The notes below the pieces were generated by a model. It did no database searches, was not told the origin of the DNA, and saw only the letters and a list, made by a program, of their open reading frames with translations. This document shows positions 33,163 to 46,273 of a DNA stretch of 64,000 bases, piece after piece; within the stretch, counting starts at the first letter, position 1, and every line of letters starts with the position of its first letter. This stretch comes from Setoptus koraiensis (taxonomy: Eukaryota; Animalia; Arthropoda), in assembly GCA_048013815.1 (NCBI GenBank), contig CM106586.1, positions 13,888,001 to 13,952,000 on the forward strand. The letters run 5' to 3'. Both the position numbers and the translations under genes were made by a program.

Positions 33163-36100
33163 ATGTCAACTTGGCTCCTGTCACTCATCTGCACAACAAT
33201 GGTATTGTCAGCTGATCAATGTCAATCGTCGAGCCGTCAACTAATCGGCGATCTCGGCCATCAGCTAGATAAATCGCACACTCTGTTTAGGGCGCCTATT
33301 ATTGAGAGCAACTTTGTTTATTTGGCGTCACTGGCGACTTCCGGTGCAGCAACTTGGCCACATTCGAAAAGGGACACGAGACAACAACAGTTGAATTCGT
33401 TCAGCGGTTCGCTGGATCCGCGTCAGCTCGACGACCAAGACCAAGACGATTCTGGCTCGCCACATGAGCCTCTAGTGGTGGCCAGCAGCGACGGTGGCGC
33501 CAACGAAGACGACAACGACAACGACAACGACGACGACGATGAAGACGACGACGAACCAGAAGAACAGTACGAAGACGAAAACAACGCAGGTACAAATGAC
33601 ACAGCCAGGGGCAAGCAGCAATCAATCGATGGTAATAATGACGCCGGCAGGTCGCAGCATTTTGATTCGAGCCCCAACAGCGAGATACCCATACCCAACG
33701 ATCTGAAACAAACAATGGACGACACAATGGACAATGTGGCCGTATTATCGAGTAACGGTCAAGAGAAGCTCGACAAATCGTCTGGCAACAATTACGGCAA
33801 CGGCAACAGTGACAATAGAAAGAGTTCGTCGCCCATATTCACTATGCAACAAGAGAATGTTATTTTGAACGGAAGCGAACTCAAGGTTCGCCTGCCGGCA
33901 AAACCGATAACCGCTGCCGATTTGGACAGACTATTTAAAGATTCGTACGGGCACAAAACAAAACTGTATGATATAGTGAAAGCGTCCTCCAGACAACACA
34001 ACAAATTGCCAAAATCCGACGCGCCAAAGATAATGTGCAAGACTGTAAACGCCACCAAAGGTTCAGTGAAATGTGATCAGAACAGTTTTAATTTCAACAC
34101 AGATCCCAAGAATTTTGTTTTAATTCACATGCCGGAAAGTGGGGCACCGCACGGCGACATATATTTAAATATCAAGGCAATAGACGTGTACAAGTACACA
34201 CTAGACGAACACAAATCGTCCATGCGGTGCCATTGTGAGGCGTCCGGTGCCGGCGAGACCATTATTGGCAACTCGATCAACATTGAGATACAAGGATGGA
34301 CACTGTGGTCCAATTGGTCGCCTTGTGCGCCAATACAAAAGTCGAAACTGTCACCGGAGACTGTGACGGGTGTGCTAGATAGTGTTGCAAGGGGCCCCAC
34401 AATTGGAAATTGGCGAAACTCAAACGATTTAGTGTGCATTCAGATAAGAAAGCGACGATGCTTTGGCTGGCGACAAACAGCAACGTCGTCGTCGTCGTCC
34501 TCGTGTCCAGGTGACTCTGTGCAAAGTAGGTCATGTCAATCAAACTGTGATAGTGGCGCAATTGTGGCGGACAGCACAATAAGGAACACGATGATGATAA
34601 ATCAGCACCAGCATCAGCGTCCGTCTAGCGGCAACAACGACGACGACGACAACAATCGACATCATCGACTTGTGAAACCAATCTGGGGCGACTGGAGCGA
34701 GTGCTCGTCCGATTGCACAAAGCGACGCCACCGTTTGATTTGTAATTCGTTGTTGTCATTTGATGCAAACAACAGCAGCAGCAGCAGCAACCAATCGGAA
34801 CAGCAATCAAGATCGTGCGACGACGTCGATCCGGCCACCACCTACGAGCAGAGGCCCTGCTACGGGGGACAGTGCAAGACACAGAACACAAGTGAGTAGC
34901 CATATTACATAATACGACGAGCTGTGTGACGATCAGCCTGTGAACAGAGCCGATATATTGTTACATGTTTGTGATTGTTTTGTGCCAGCACAATCATTGT
35001 AACGGGGCCCATTGTGGCACAATGGGCCCCGTTATAGGTCGCACGGTTCCCACGGGCGGCGCAATTTGATGACAGTGCTCAATTGTTTTGCTCACTTTGA
35101 CTGTGACGTCTCGTCACACTGACAGTGACTAATGGGACCTGTTGGTCGGCCAGCAGCTTGTTTGTATTGGTGGAGTATCGTCGGTAAACCAACGAGGGAT
35201 ATAAACAAAGAGATAAAATCTAAAATCATCGCTCGCTCACTTGCTTATCTGGCGCGCCAGAGCCAGATGAAAGGATAAGCTGATGTGTGCTGCGTACATG
35301 TCGGCCGAACATGTCCACTAATCTCTCATTAAACGCTGATTTGTTTCACTGGCCCGCCAACCATTGGGCCCACAAAACAGCCAACTGGCTTGTCAGTGAC
35401 TGCATCGCGGAACAGCTGACTGTTTTGTGGGCCCAATGGTCGCGAAAAGTGCGCCCTCGTCGGCCATTTATTGGACCGTGGACAGGGGGGCCGTAAAGTG
35501 GCAGCGGTCCGGTTTACGTAATAGTCGCTGGCGAGTCAATCAGAGCGATAGACAATCACAGATAAGACGCGCCTAAATATATAAAAGTCTGTTCAACAAT
35601 GTTGACAGTGTGTATTTGTTGGGTCTCATTTGGACTTGTGGGCCGCCAGACAACACAATCTATTATGTGCGTCTCGTTTATTAGCGCCATTATTATTAGG
35701 TAATAGCATAATATAAATTGTTTCGTCATCATATTGTGTGCTCCTGTCGTCAATAGTGGGCGACACAATGCGACACGATGCGCCACAATGCGCCACAATG
35801 CGCCACAATGCAGCGCCCAAACACACCAAGTGAGCGCAAAATGTGTCCCGTCGCACTGCGATTTGGATATCGGAGAAAGTCAATGCACTTTTGCGACAAG
35901 TTGTCCCCCTCGTTTGATTGCCCATCGCGATCGTCCATCAAATGAGCATCGACGGCAGCCGCAACAGCGGCGACAACAACGGCGACAACGACAGCGTCGC
36001 CCGTTACGGCCGACCAGAGGCAGTTAAAACGCGCGCACACACACACACACGAGCAGTAAATACACGGAGTAGATATAAGTAGCGAGTGGTTCGCATCAAT

Positions 36101-36428
36101 CACGTGCTCGAATTAGGCACGCGCTGCTCTGTTGGCCGCTGGTTGGCCGCTGGTTGGCCGCTGGTTGGGGCGCTCTTTTTGGCGTTGGCAGTGGCCGGCG
36201 GACACTGCGCCGTGTCGCGAGCAGTCGAGCCGGCGATCGTTGTCCTTTGTCAACGCCAGCGTGTTACGTAATGTTGCAAGCAGTAACGGCGGCAGCAGCA
36301 GTGTTGCGCAAGGGGCCCCCACCGCACACGACACAATGCACTCGTATATGGCGCACACAAAGTGGCGCTGTCCCCCTTTTCACTTGCTTGACTCTGACGT
36401 TTCTGTTGTCGTCGTCGCTGTTGTCGTT

Positions 36429-36463
<35 letters not shown>

Positions 36464-39400
36464 TGTCGTGGCGGCGGTGTGTTCATGTTACGCAACCAAG
36501 TGCTCGCGGTGGCGCCAGATATTCATTGCAAAAGCTACTGCAAACTGGCGGCCGCGACAACAGCAAACAAATAGCAATAGTTTCGCGTGTGTGTGTGTGT
36601 GTCCGATGTTTGATTCAATTCATTCATCACACGAATTGTCACATAGTGGCCAACAGATACACTGTGCATGTGCCCGTGTCACATCAACAGTAGATAAGGA
36701 TTGGACGCGGCCACATCACCAGTTGTGCCGCACTGGACAATGCACAACCGGCCACTGGTTGTGCAATGTTTGTGCACCACAAGTGCACGTTATCGCGCAA
36801 TATTCGCGCCAGTGTTGCGTAACTGGCCCCTTGCGTAACTGGTCCCGTTGTGGTAACTCGAGCCGCAGCAAGCCAACAACCGGCCCGGCCAATTCGGTGT
36901 CTCGTCTGGGCGGTCGGTGTGACATGGACGATGTGACAGCCAGTGCGTCGTGTTGTGTTTGTTTTAACTCACTTGTCGATTGAAAATTTCACAAGATGTC
37001 GCTCGCTCGTTTCACAGTCGCTCGCTTAAGAGTTTGGGGCCCCGTTTCTCTCGCGCGCGTCGATGTGCGCGCCGATGTGCAAGCCGATGTGCGAGCCGTA
37101 TGACGCAACAATGTCGCAACAAGGCCAGCACTTATCGTGCGTGTCATGCAGTGCATGTCGCATGCATTGTTACGCAACCGTCGGCATTGCTTACCGACAG
37201 CGATGTTGTTGCGCGACGACAGCGACGTTGTTGCGCGACGACAACGATGTTGTTGCGCAATACCCGCAACACTGAAAACTATAAAACGGTCCAAGACAAT
37301 ATGCGTTATTATGTAATGTTACTCTGTATGTGGCTGGCAGCTTACATCGTGCCACGTGCTAATATCAATTCACTATTATTACACTGATTGTATTGATCAC
37401 ACTGATTACGCTGATGGCCGCATCCAATGTGAACGCGCGCTTGCTGGCACCCATCGGATCGGCGTGTAGCGTTTACGAGCGATGCATGCACCCAATGATT
37501 TGATGATAGTTGTCCCGACTGAACCTCAATGTTCATGTGCAATTTGCATTCGGCTTGTTGGGCCAGTCGCCCCCACCCCCGCTCAGTGTTCGTTGCTGAC
37601 CGCTGACCGTTGTGTTATTTGGCAGCGTGATGACACACAGTTTGATAATAACAGAGTGCAACAAAATTACAAAAGTATTATGCAATGGCCGCAGTCAAAT
37701 TAAATCTCGCTCTCTCTCTCTTTCTCTGCCCAACAATCTCTGCCCAACAATCTCTGCCAAACAATCGCTCTCTCAAAGAATCTTTTGGGGGCCAGATTCT
37801 TTCATCGGCGATGGGCGATCGGTGGTGGGCCAACGACCAACGACCAACGACGAATTATGGCCAACCATAACTCATGGCCGGCGACACACACGCAAGCACA
37901 CTTGCAATATCTGCGTGCTGGCCGCAAAATCATCGTATACTATCGCATTCATATATCACCGTGCATCTAGTGTGCGGATATTAATGGTTTTCGTTGCTTG
38001 CAATCATCAGCGGCGTATAGACTCGACACAGTTTGATATCATTGTAGCGATACCATTAGGTGGCCCCAGCGACGGGCAGCTGTTTTCTTGGCTTGCTTCA
38101 TTGTGGCTTTTGTGCCGGTTGTCGCTCTCAATCGCTAATTGTTTTACTTGTTGTGGGGCCCGCTGACAATGTTACGTCACACAATAATGATAATGATAAC
38201 CTTGCGTTGGCAGTTCAATTCTAACTGTTCAAACCAGTTGTTGCCCGCTCAATGAGTTGCACAACAACTCATTGCACCTATGGTGAGGCTGTGTTTGTGT
38301 GCTGTGCACCGGAAGTGCGCAGCAACTCGTTCGTTGTATTGGGCAACTGCGCCTCTTTTTGGTCGCTCGCTCATCGCTTGCTCGATCACTTTTGGTCAGT
38401 GATGAGCGTTTTAGAGAGAGAGAGAGAGAGAGTGACGCAAGAAGACGTAACGCGTTGTCGGCCGCTAAGTGCATAATCAGCTTAGCGAGCTTCTGTCTGG
38501 CGATCAAAAAGTTTGCGCCATTTTCTCTGTTGTCAAACTTGCCACTCGGCGTCTTATCTGCCGTGAGCTGGCCCGTTTTTGAGTGACGACGGCCGGTCAG
38601 TGACCGATCGGCCGGGCCGCCGCCTCGCACTGCTCAAACTGTTCAAACCGCTCAAACCGCTCAAGCCGCTCAGAGTGCCCAGACTGCTCAAACTGGTAAG
38701 ATGTGGGCGGCTGCTCGGGGCGCCGCTCGCGAATCATATCGATCATAGTTTGCGAGCGAGCGAGCGTCGGCTGGCAATCATTTGAATGTTGCGACTTATC
38801 TAGCTCGAAGTGATCATCGCATTGCTGCGCGATTCATTCTCGCGTGGCTACTTTTGTTGTTGGACGTACCAGCGCGACTCGTGTCATTTGTTTGCGAGAT
38901 ACTGTCGGCCCATAGAGAGACTCAGAGAGAGAGATTATGCAAATGGGCACCATGACACAATAATCAGTTTTTGAGTGAGCAAGTGTGACGTCCTAATTGA
39001 ATGACGCTGCCGTCAGTTGGCCCTGATTCGGCCCCGCTCGATAGATGGGGCCGGCCAGCTGTGGGCCAGCCCTGGGCCAGATATGTGGCCATTATGTGTG
39101 TGTGTGTCGTCTATTGTGTGTCGGGCGAACGCGGCGGGGCCCAGTTTGCAAACTCTCGGACCGTTCGCCCAAACCATCGCTCATCGTGCACTCAACAGAA
39201 TGAATGATTTCCCATAGCTCGCTGACCGGCCAGCCAAACTCAAGTGCCCCATTCATTCATTCAAGTTGCAGTTCCTGTCGAGACAACAAGCTCGCGCATA
39301 TTGCATGCACGATAACTGTCATTGGCCGGGCCACTCACTCAGCGCCGCTCGCACTTCCGGTCGCTTCTTTTCAATTTTATTCAGTGGCGCTCGTCTCTCC

Positions 39401-42400
39401 CACTCTCTCGCTCACTCGCTGCCACACACGTGCTAACCATCCGACTATGACTCTTGCACTTTTGCACCGCGGGCCTCATTGCACCGCGGGCCTCGTTGCA
39501 CCACGGGCATCGTTGCACCATCGCATCACGCAGCGCCATTTGACTATTGGACTATTGCAGCATTGCAGCATTGCAGCATTGCAGCATTGCAGCATTGCAG
39601 CATTGCAGCATTGCAGCATTGCAGCATTGCAGCATTGTCGCATTGTCGCATTGTTGCATTGTTGCATTGTCGGATTGTCGGATTGTCGCACTGTCGCATA
39701 ATGAAGCGATAATGGATAAGTATAGTGTAGCGCGACGAGAACAGTAGCATATCGCTGGTCGGCCTATGCGCGACGTATTATCATCATTTGCCATTGCCGT
39801 CATGCAATCGATGGAGTAGTTGCGTCGCCACTGCACTCGTGGTGCAGCTCAATCAGACAATTCAAACCCTGTTTCGAACAGAAAAAGAAAGTCGCCACCG
39901 TCGTCCGACTTTTCGCCAACTTTTGTCGGGGCCCCCAAACAACAACTGAGCCACTGGAGTTTTAGCAGACGGATATGGCTCGTGCAACGCCGATCGGCGG
40001 CCATGATGAAATCATCAGCAACGAGCGACAAACAAGCCGCCGCTTGCAGTCTTGCAAAAGTGCGTCTTGTCAGTCGTTGTGTGGGCCCAACTCGGATTAA
40101 TAATTGCGCTTATATCATTTGTATGGACATGTTGGCTGCACAGTGCGGGGGCCCCATATCTATATCGCGTATAGCGCGTAAATGGCGTATATGGCGTAGA
40201 GTGTTTGGACTTGTTTATGCGGCCGGCGCACAAATGGCAGTTTGCGAGAATGCATGATACCAGCGGCCAGAAATAGATTTATATATATATATGACAATGG
40301 TTGACTTTCTATTATAGCTTTTGTGGTGTAATGGTTGTCGTGCTCACTGATGCGCACCGCTCGCCCAAATTGAGGCCCCCTGTGCACCATGGGCCCCCGC
40401 AACACATTGCACTACCGCTCACAAGCATTCAATGGTGCATTCAATGGAGCATCTTCGCAAATGGTGCGCCGCACCAGCAGCAAGGTGCATTTGTTTTTAA
40501 CTTTTTCTAGTTGATCGCCGCCAGCAGGCACCACTGAGCAGTAACTGCTTATTCAGTGCCATATCCGGTGAATGGATCGCTCGAAGTCGAGCAACGGATC
40601 AATAAACGAGAGAGGGCCCGTAATGAACGTCAATTTAGTGCGCGCACATTAACTACAAACAAGCGATGATAGATTTATCTGTGAATCATAAACATTTTAT
40701 ATCCGTCGCGAGCCATTGATTGCGATGCAAACTGGCTCACTTTTGGACATTGTCACTACTCAATGCCGGCAACTTAACAGTTGGCTGTTGCCCTTTTTTG
40801 TTGGGCCCCAAAAAGGGCCGCTGCACACAAGCGTCACACTGGCTGCTGTTATGTAATGATCTCTCTCTCTCTCTCGTAAGCAGCAACAAGACCATACGAT
40901 GATGGATTGATCGATTACCTAACGAGCCGTGCGCGCCATCTATAGAGCAAGGTTCTGCTGATGGCCTGGCGATGCACGCGCCAGCGGATCTCTCATCGTC
41001 GTTGCTCGCTAAGGGCTGATGGGCCCCATTTTGGGGTCCGGCGCCACCCATTGTCCGCACATAAAGCGCTGCACATAAAGCGCTGCACATAAGGATCCGA
41101 ATATAAAGATCCAGATATAAAAATACGTCGAACAGGCCGGATACGCTAGAGGGCCAGCACTGCGACACTGGACAGCAGGTATTGTTGTCGGCGAGCCGCC
41201 AGTTAATTAATGGCCGATCATTGTTGGCAATTAATTGTGTGTCGTCGCCTGCTACCGGCCAGCAGCATCGTGGGGCCAATATTAAGTTACTTTGTTGGAT
41301 TATGCTCGTTATTTGCTCTCTATTTGTTGATGTTGTTGTGATGAAGCGACAAATCTGTTTTGCGGGCGCCCCCGTTTAGGCCGCTCGGCCAGACTGCTGC
41401 GAGCTGGCACCAATGTGAGGCAATTGTGTAATTGAAACCAGTTAGCCAAGTGAGCGGTTTCCAGCGGCTTCCAGCGACGCACTCTTAATGGCAATGGGGG
41501 GCCATATTGGGCATATCGAGAGCGGACTTTATTTTATTGCGCCTTGTCGGACACAATTGTTTCGTTAGTGGGCGACAAGTTCGCTTGTGTGGCATAATTG
41601 TCTGGACGAGCATAGCGGACGAGAGAGGGGGCCCCATCTCTGGCCTGGCTGGCGGAATAGCGAAATGCAGCGACGGGGAATAGTCGTTTAGTTTAATCGC
41701 GCGGGCGCCAATGCTTGTTTAATCAAATTAACCACTGAGAGCCACAACTGGGGCCCACAACAGCTGACAGCCAGAGAAAACAAAACCATCCGCGGGACAA
41801 CATTTAATACACAACATGAGCGATATATACACACACAACAAAAGCGTTTATCTCTTTTGGCACTTAGTGGCGCGCACAACTAGCCAGACAGAAACTTAAA
41901 TCCATTACGTAAGAGCCGGCGGCAGCGATAGAGCGAGGGGCCCCTGGCAGCGACTTTGCAGAGGGCCGCCAACAAAGAAACGGACGAGCATCATCAACTA
42001 ATATAGTGCAGCCAGACAGAGCGTCTTTGGCCGTCATTGGAAGTGGGGCCAGCAACAACAAAGAAAGGGCCCCATGCAAGCGCCACCAAAAGAAGCAAAC
42101 TCATATTCATTCATCAGCTACTTTTGGCTCGTTACGAGCAAATTGTTTTGTTGTTTTATCACCCGGCAGGGCGCGCACTCTGTGATGACACTGACTGTGT
42201 GACACACATATTACGTCACTGATATTATATCACTGTTATAGGCAACGGGGCCCAGATTGATGGGGCGCTATTGACTGGCTGGCGTTGTTTGTCGTCGCTG
42301 TGTTGCCAGTGGGTGTAAATTCATTGTAAATTTGTGTATAACTAGCTCAGCAGCAGCAGCAGCACCAAAAACAATTGTCGATGTGATTAACGGCGACGGT

Positions 42401-45400
42401 GCAGCTATTAGTCAAAGTTGTTAACTTGATTATGGCCAACTGACAGTCCAGTTAACTGGCGGCCAGATATCGCCATGCATCGCCATATATCGCCGGATAC
42501 AGCGCGGCCCGCCAATTGACTTGCCCCGGCCGGCCTTTGGCGCCTCCGTTGCCGCCAGTGCACACGATTGCCTGCAAATGCCCCGGAATGCCCTCAAAAC
42601 GGGGGCATCTATCTTGGTCGGCACGTGCTCGAAGAGCCACCGTGTCACCTACAGGTGCTCTGGGGCTCCGTGGCGCCATGTGTGTGCGCGCCGCGAGTTT
42701 GCAAGACATAGCGCTATTAGCGACTCCAAGACACGACAGTGCCACTGAGCAGTGTTGCGGTGGCGCATTGTGCGGATAAAAGCTGAGGGGCCCGGCCGAG
42801 AAAGGGGCCAGCCGAGAAAGGGGCCCAGCCGAAAAAGCGTGCGCGGTGATCTATCTTGATGTCTCGCAGAGTCACGCGGGCCGCGCGAACAATGTAGCGC
42901 GCATTGTTGTCGTTGGCTGGGGCCGCCGACACGACAATTGCAGAGTTTCGGTCATTAATAACAGCCGACGCAACTCGATTTGGGCCAGCCAACCGCCAGC
43001 CAGCCCGCCGCGCTCAGCCATTTGCCGACTGTTTCTGAGCGCGACCATCTCTGGCGAGCCGCAGAGTCGCCGGGGATAAATTTAGTTCGCTCGGGTCAAG
43101 CACTCGCAACTTGCCGCTGTTGGCGCCGGGCCTCGGCCTGACAATTGCTCGCTTTTAATAATAATAATAATGCTAAATCACACTCTTTTGGGCCGACGAT
43201 TGATGAAGAATTCGCCTCAATTCTGTGCCGCTCTTTGTCAATTGTCGCTGTGACAAGCTCACGGCTCGCAGCCAGCTCACGGCTCGTAGCCAGCTCACGG
43301 CCATAACTGATGAGGCCGAGAATTTGCTGAATCGGCTGTATGAATTTAAAATTTCATCTAGCCACTAACTGGTGCTGCCACAATGCGAGCGGAAGCCGCA
43401 TCTCGATCAACCATAAATAACGGTTGGCCGGCGAAAAATGTCATCCGAAGTGTGACAGTTATTAACAACAACAACTTCATCGCGGCCACGTCACAATTGG
43501 CCCGGCTCGGCCGCGCCAATGTCGGCGCGCACGCAGACCAAATAACCTCGTGTAATAACGACCAGAGACAATGACAATCATTGAGCCATCCATTAACGAC
43601 AACACTCTTCTCTCTTTCTCTTCTCTGTCAATTCTTGTTTGTCAGACAATTCGACAGTCAGGCGACAGCAACACGCCGAGCCGAGCTGGCCGCTCGGCCA
43701 GCACGACAACAACAATATCAACTATATTAACAACAACAATAGATCCAGGAATCCAAATAAGAATCATGCGGGCCCCAACAATGGCAAGAATGTCACTGCC
43801 GCGGTCATCGCCGCTGGCAGTTATGGCGCCACAAAAAAGTTTAAATTTTTCTGGCTAGAATCGGAGCGAGTGATGTTTTACGTTTGTCTCACCTCGGGCA
43901 CAATATTAATGTCGCTGTTACTGTTCACGCTGGCCATTGTATTAATTAGACGGAGGCGCATTAAAAAACCAAAGACTTGCTCTTATCAATGGATGCTGGC
44001 CAACGCCCACTCAATCAACCAATCGGGCAGCTCAACAAACGGAAGTCGCGCCGGCGATTGTGTCAATTGTGCGCTCAATTCACACAACACTTCCGGTCGT
44101 CTGAGTCAAAGCTCGCAGGATGTGCACAGTTTCTCGGGTTTTGCCTTAGGTAAACCGGCGGCCATAAGTGGCGCATGCAAATCTATTGGCACCAGTAGCA
44201 ATGGCCTAATATCCACCGATGATGCACAGAGGCACAGTTTTGAACAAAAGGTAATGCCAGTGTCTGCAAATAATCTGCAATCAGTTGCCCATTCGGGCCA
44301 GGCAAAACAGACGACAACAAGCGCAAATATCACCAACAATTTCATGTATGACACCGTTCACTATGGCTACGACGCAAACACAAAATTGTCTTCGCGCTCA
44401 AACTCTAGCTCTGTCAGTGTTGTACAACCAACATTGAGGTCGTCGTCGACGTCCAGCAATCACCAGATTGTAGCCAACAACAATAATACTAATAATACCG
44501 ATAAGCAATCACCATCAATAGTGCCGCCAATGTCCAACAACAACAACATAATCAATAGCGATGGCGAATCGAGGACAGCGCCATCATCGTCGGGTGCCGG
44601 ACAACCGTGCCAGCGACAAGCCAGGGCCACGGCCATCGTCAGGGGCAACTGTCAGATCGTGGCACCGAGGTCCGACGCGCAGACGAGAGAGAAAATATCC
44701 GACAAAACAAATCTTATCGCCGACAATGGGTCGGCAGCAGCAGTAGACTTTAGGGGCCCGTTTCAATCGGAACATTCGAGCCATTCGAGCCATTCGAGCG
44801 TTTGCAAGGATGCGGGCAAAATCGAGCACTCAATTCACTCATCTAGCGCGTCGACCAACCAAACGTTTGTCAGCTTCAGATCGTCCGATCTGAGAGATTT
44901 CAACCAAAATGCACACGCGAACAGAAACCGCAGGAACTACCACGGTCAGCACCAGCAACCACAACTGTCGCAATCTAATCAACAATTCACAATTAATAGT
45001 CCGAGCCACGAGCATCTGATCCAGCAGTCGCCCAGGTTTCATAACGGCACCAGCAACAATGACAGCATGATAATTAGTAGCGCCTACTCAACGCCAGGCG
45101 GAAATTACACAAACAAGAGGAACACAAATCAAATAGATCAACACGACGTGAAACGTTTGTTGTCCAGACGACAAATCTCTGCTGGTTCGCAATTGGACAG
45201 GAGTGAAAAAGATGACATATTGTCACTAGAGGCACACAGACCACGCACCACCAGTCAGGATGTTGACCAGCAAAAAAATAATGATTTGCGTCATAATAAT
45301 GATAATATCAAACGGGTGCACACCAATCATCAGCGACAACAGTCCATGGGCAACAGTAACTGTTTTAATTCCATACTGTTCGACTATTACGATGACACTG

Positions 45401-45744
45401 AGCATCATTATGAAGAGATAAGCTCGCCAATGCGAACCATGTTTCAAGTGGCCTCCAATAATCATAATCGTCATAACAATGGCGATTGTCGGCATAATTC
45501 CAGTGAAAATCACCGCACCAGTCCAATAGTGGAACATAATGGCGGGCAAGATACAGAACAGGAAGATGGCGAAAAAGAAGAATTGACTGATCATGATATC
45601 AACTCGGTACAAGATGAGGCCCTCATCGTCTGCGTGTCCAACAGTACCGATTGTGTGGAGGAAATTGTTTATGATGCTGTCGATGACGGAGAAAAATCTC
45701 TCGGTTGCCAGCAGGACGACGAGGCGACAACACGAACAGAGTAA
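33163..45744 (+). CDS. UNC5-like type I membrane receptor (signal peptide, acidic region, degenerate Ig, TSP1, TSP1, TM, long low-complexity tail); exons 33163-34891 and 43859-45744
   Basis: Signal peptide MSTWLLSLICTTMVLSA. Ig end plus TSP1: CHCEAS..NIEIQGWTLWSNWSPC..CIQIRKRRC..CPGDSVQSRSC. TSP1 #2: WGDWSECSSDCTKRRHRLIC..CYGGQC, with the UNC5-type spacing. Donor GTGAGT at 34892 and acceptor TAG at 43858 are both phase 1 and join directly to the TM VMFYVCLTSGTILMSLLLFTLAIVLI-RRRR. Confidence 0.75.
36091..36340 (+). repeat. Dispersed repeat B, GC-rich intronic copy (homologous to 49429-49640)
   Basis: TCGCATCAATCACGTGCTCGAA.TAGGCACGCG..., GCAGTCGAGC..GCGATCGTTGTC.TTTGTCAACGCCAG shared. This copy carries a triplicated 11-mer GGTTGGCCGCT. 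Confidence 0.88.
36405..36468. repeat. (GTC/GTT)n microsatellite
   Basis: Trinucleotide run within the large intron. Confidence 0.92.
39554..39690. repeat. 8-bp minisatellite (ATTGCAGC) x10 followed by degenerate ATTGT[CT]GC/ATTGTCGG units
   Basis: Direct reading. It explains the spurious (IAALQHCS)n and (MLQCCNAA)n ORFs. Confidence 0.95.
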
Positions 45745-46273
45745 CGCCAAAAATTTGTGATAATTCCAAGATTGATTCAGACACATACGCACAAGCCCGC
45801 CAGAATGTGACCTTTCCCACCAAAATGTATCACAGCAAGTCCTGATCACCAATTCGAAAATAATAACCCATAAATAAAATAAAATTACACACGAGTCATC
45901 ATTATCTGCGGATTTTGCCCGGATTTCCTCCCATTTCTAAAATCTGCTCGTCTGGTACCCTTCTACCTTCAATTCGCTCAGCTGGTGGATTTTCTCTGCG
46001 ATTGCCTTACGCGAACGATCACTACCATCACATATCATCATTTTCGGATAATTCCGATATGATATTGTGTTGTACAAATGAGTGGCCAATGACACAATAG
46101 ATTTTATCCTGTTCGCCTCCTGTCCTGGCGCAATCACTATGAGAGTGATTCGATTGAATAGTGCCGATTTGATGGCCTCATTCACTGTGTGTATATTGGC
46201 GTACTCACGTTGTCTAAGCGTCTAAGCTAAGTCACTCACGACTTGCACGTCTCCACAAATTTTTTCGATAATT

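Noticed and set aside
34900-43850. Numerous 60-283 aa ORFs (e.g. 36132-36983, 39204-39836, 43639 N-terminal part)
   Set aside because: They lie inside the UNC5-like intron, are built on microsatellites or GC-rich stop-poor DNA, and show no protein motifs.
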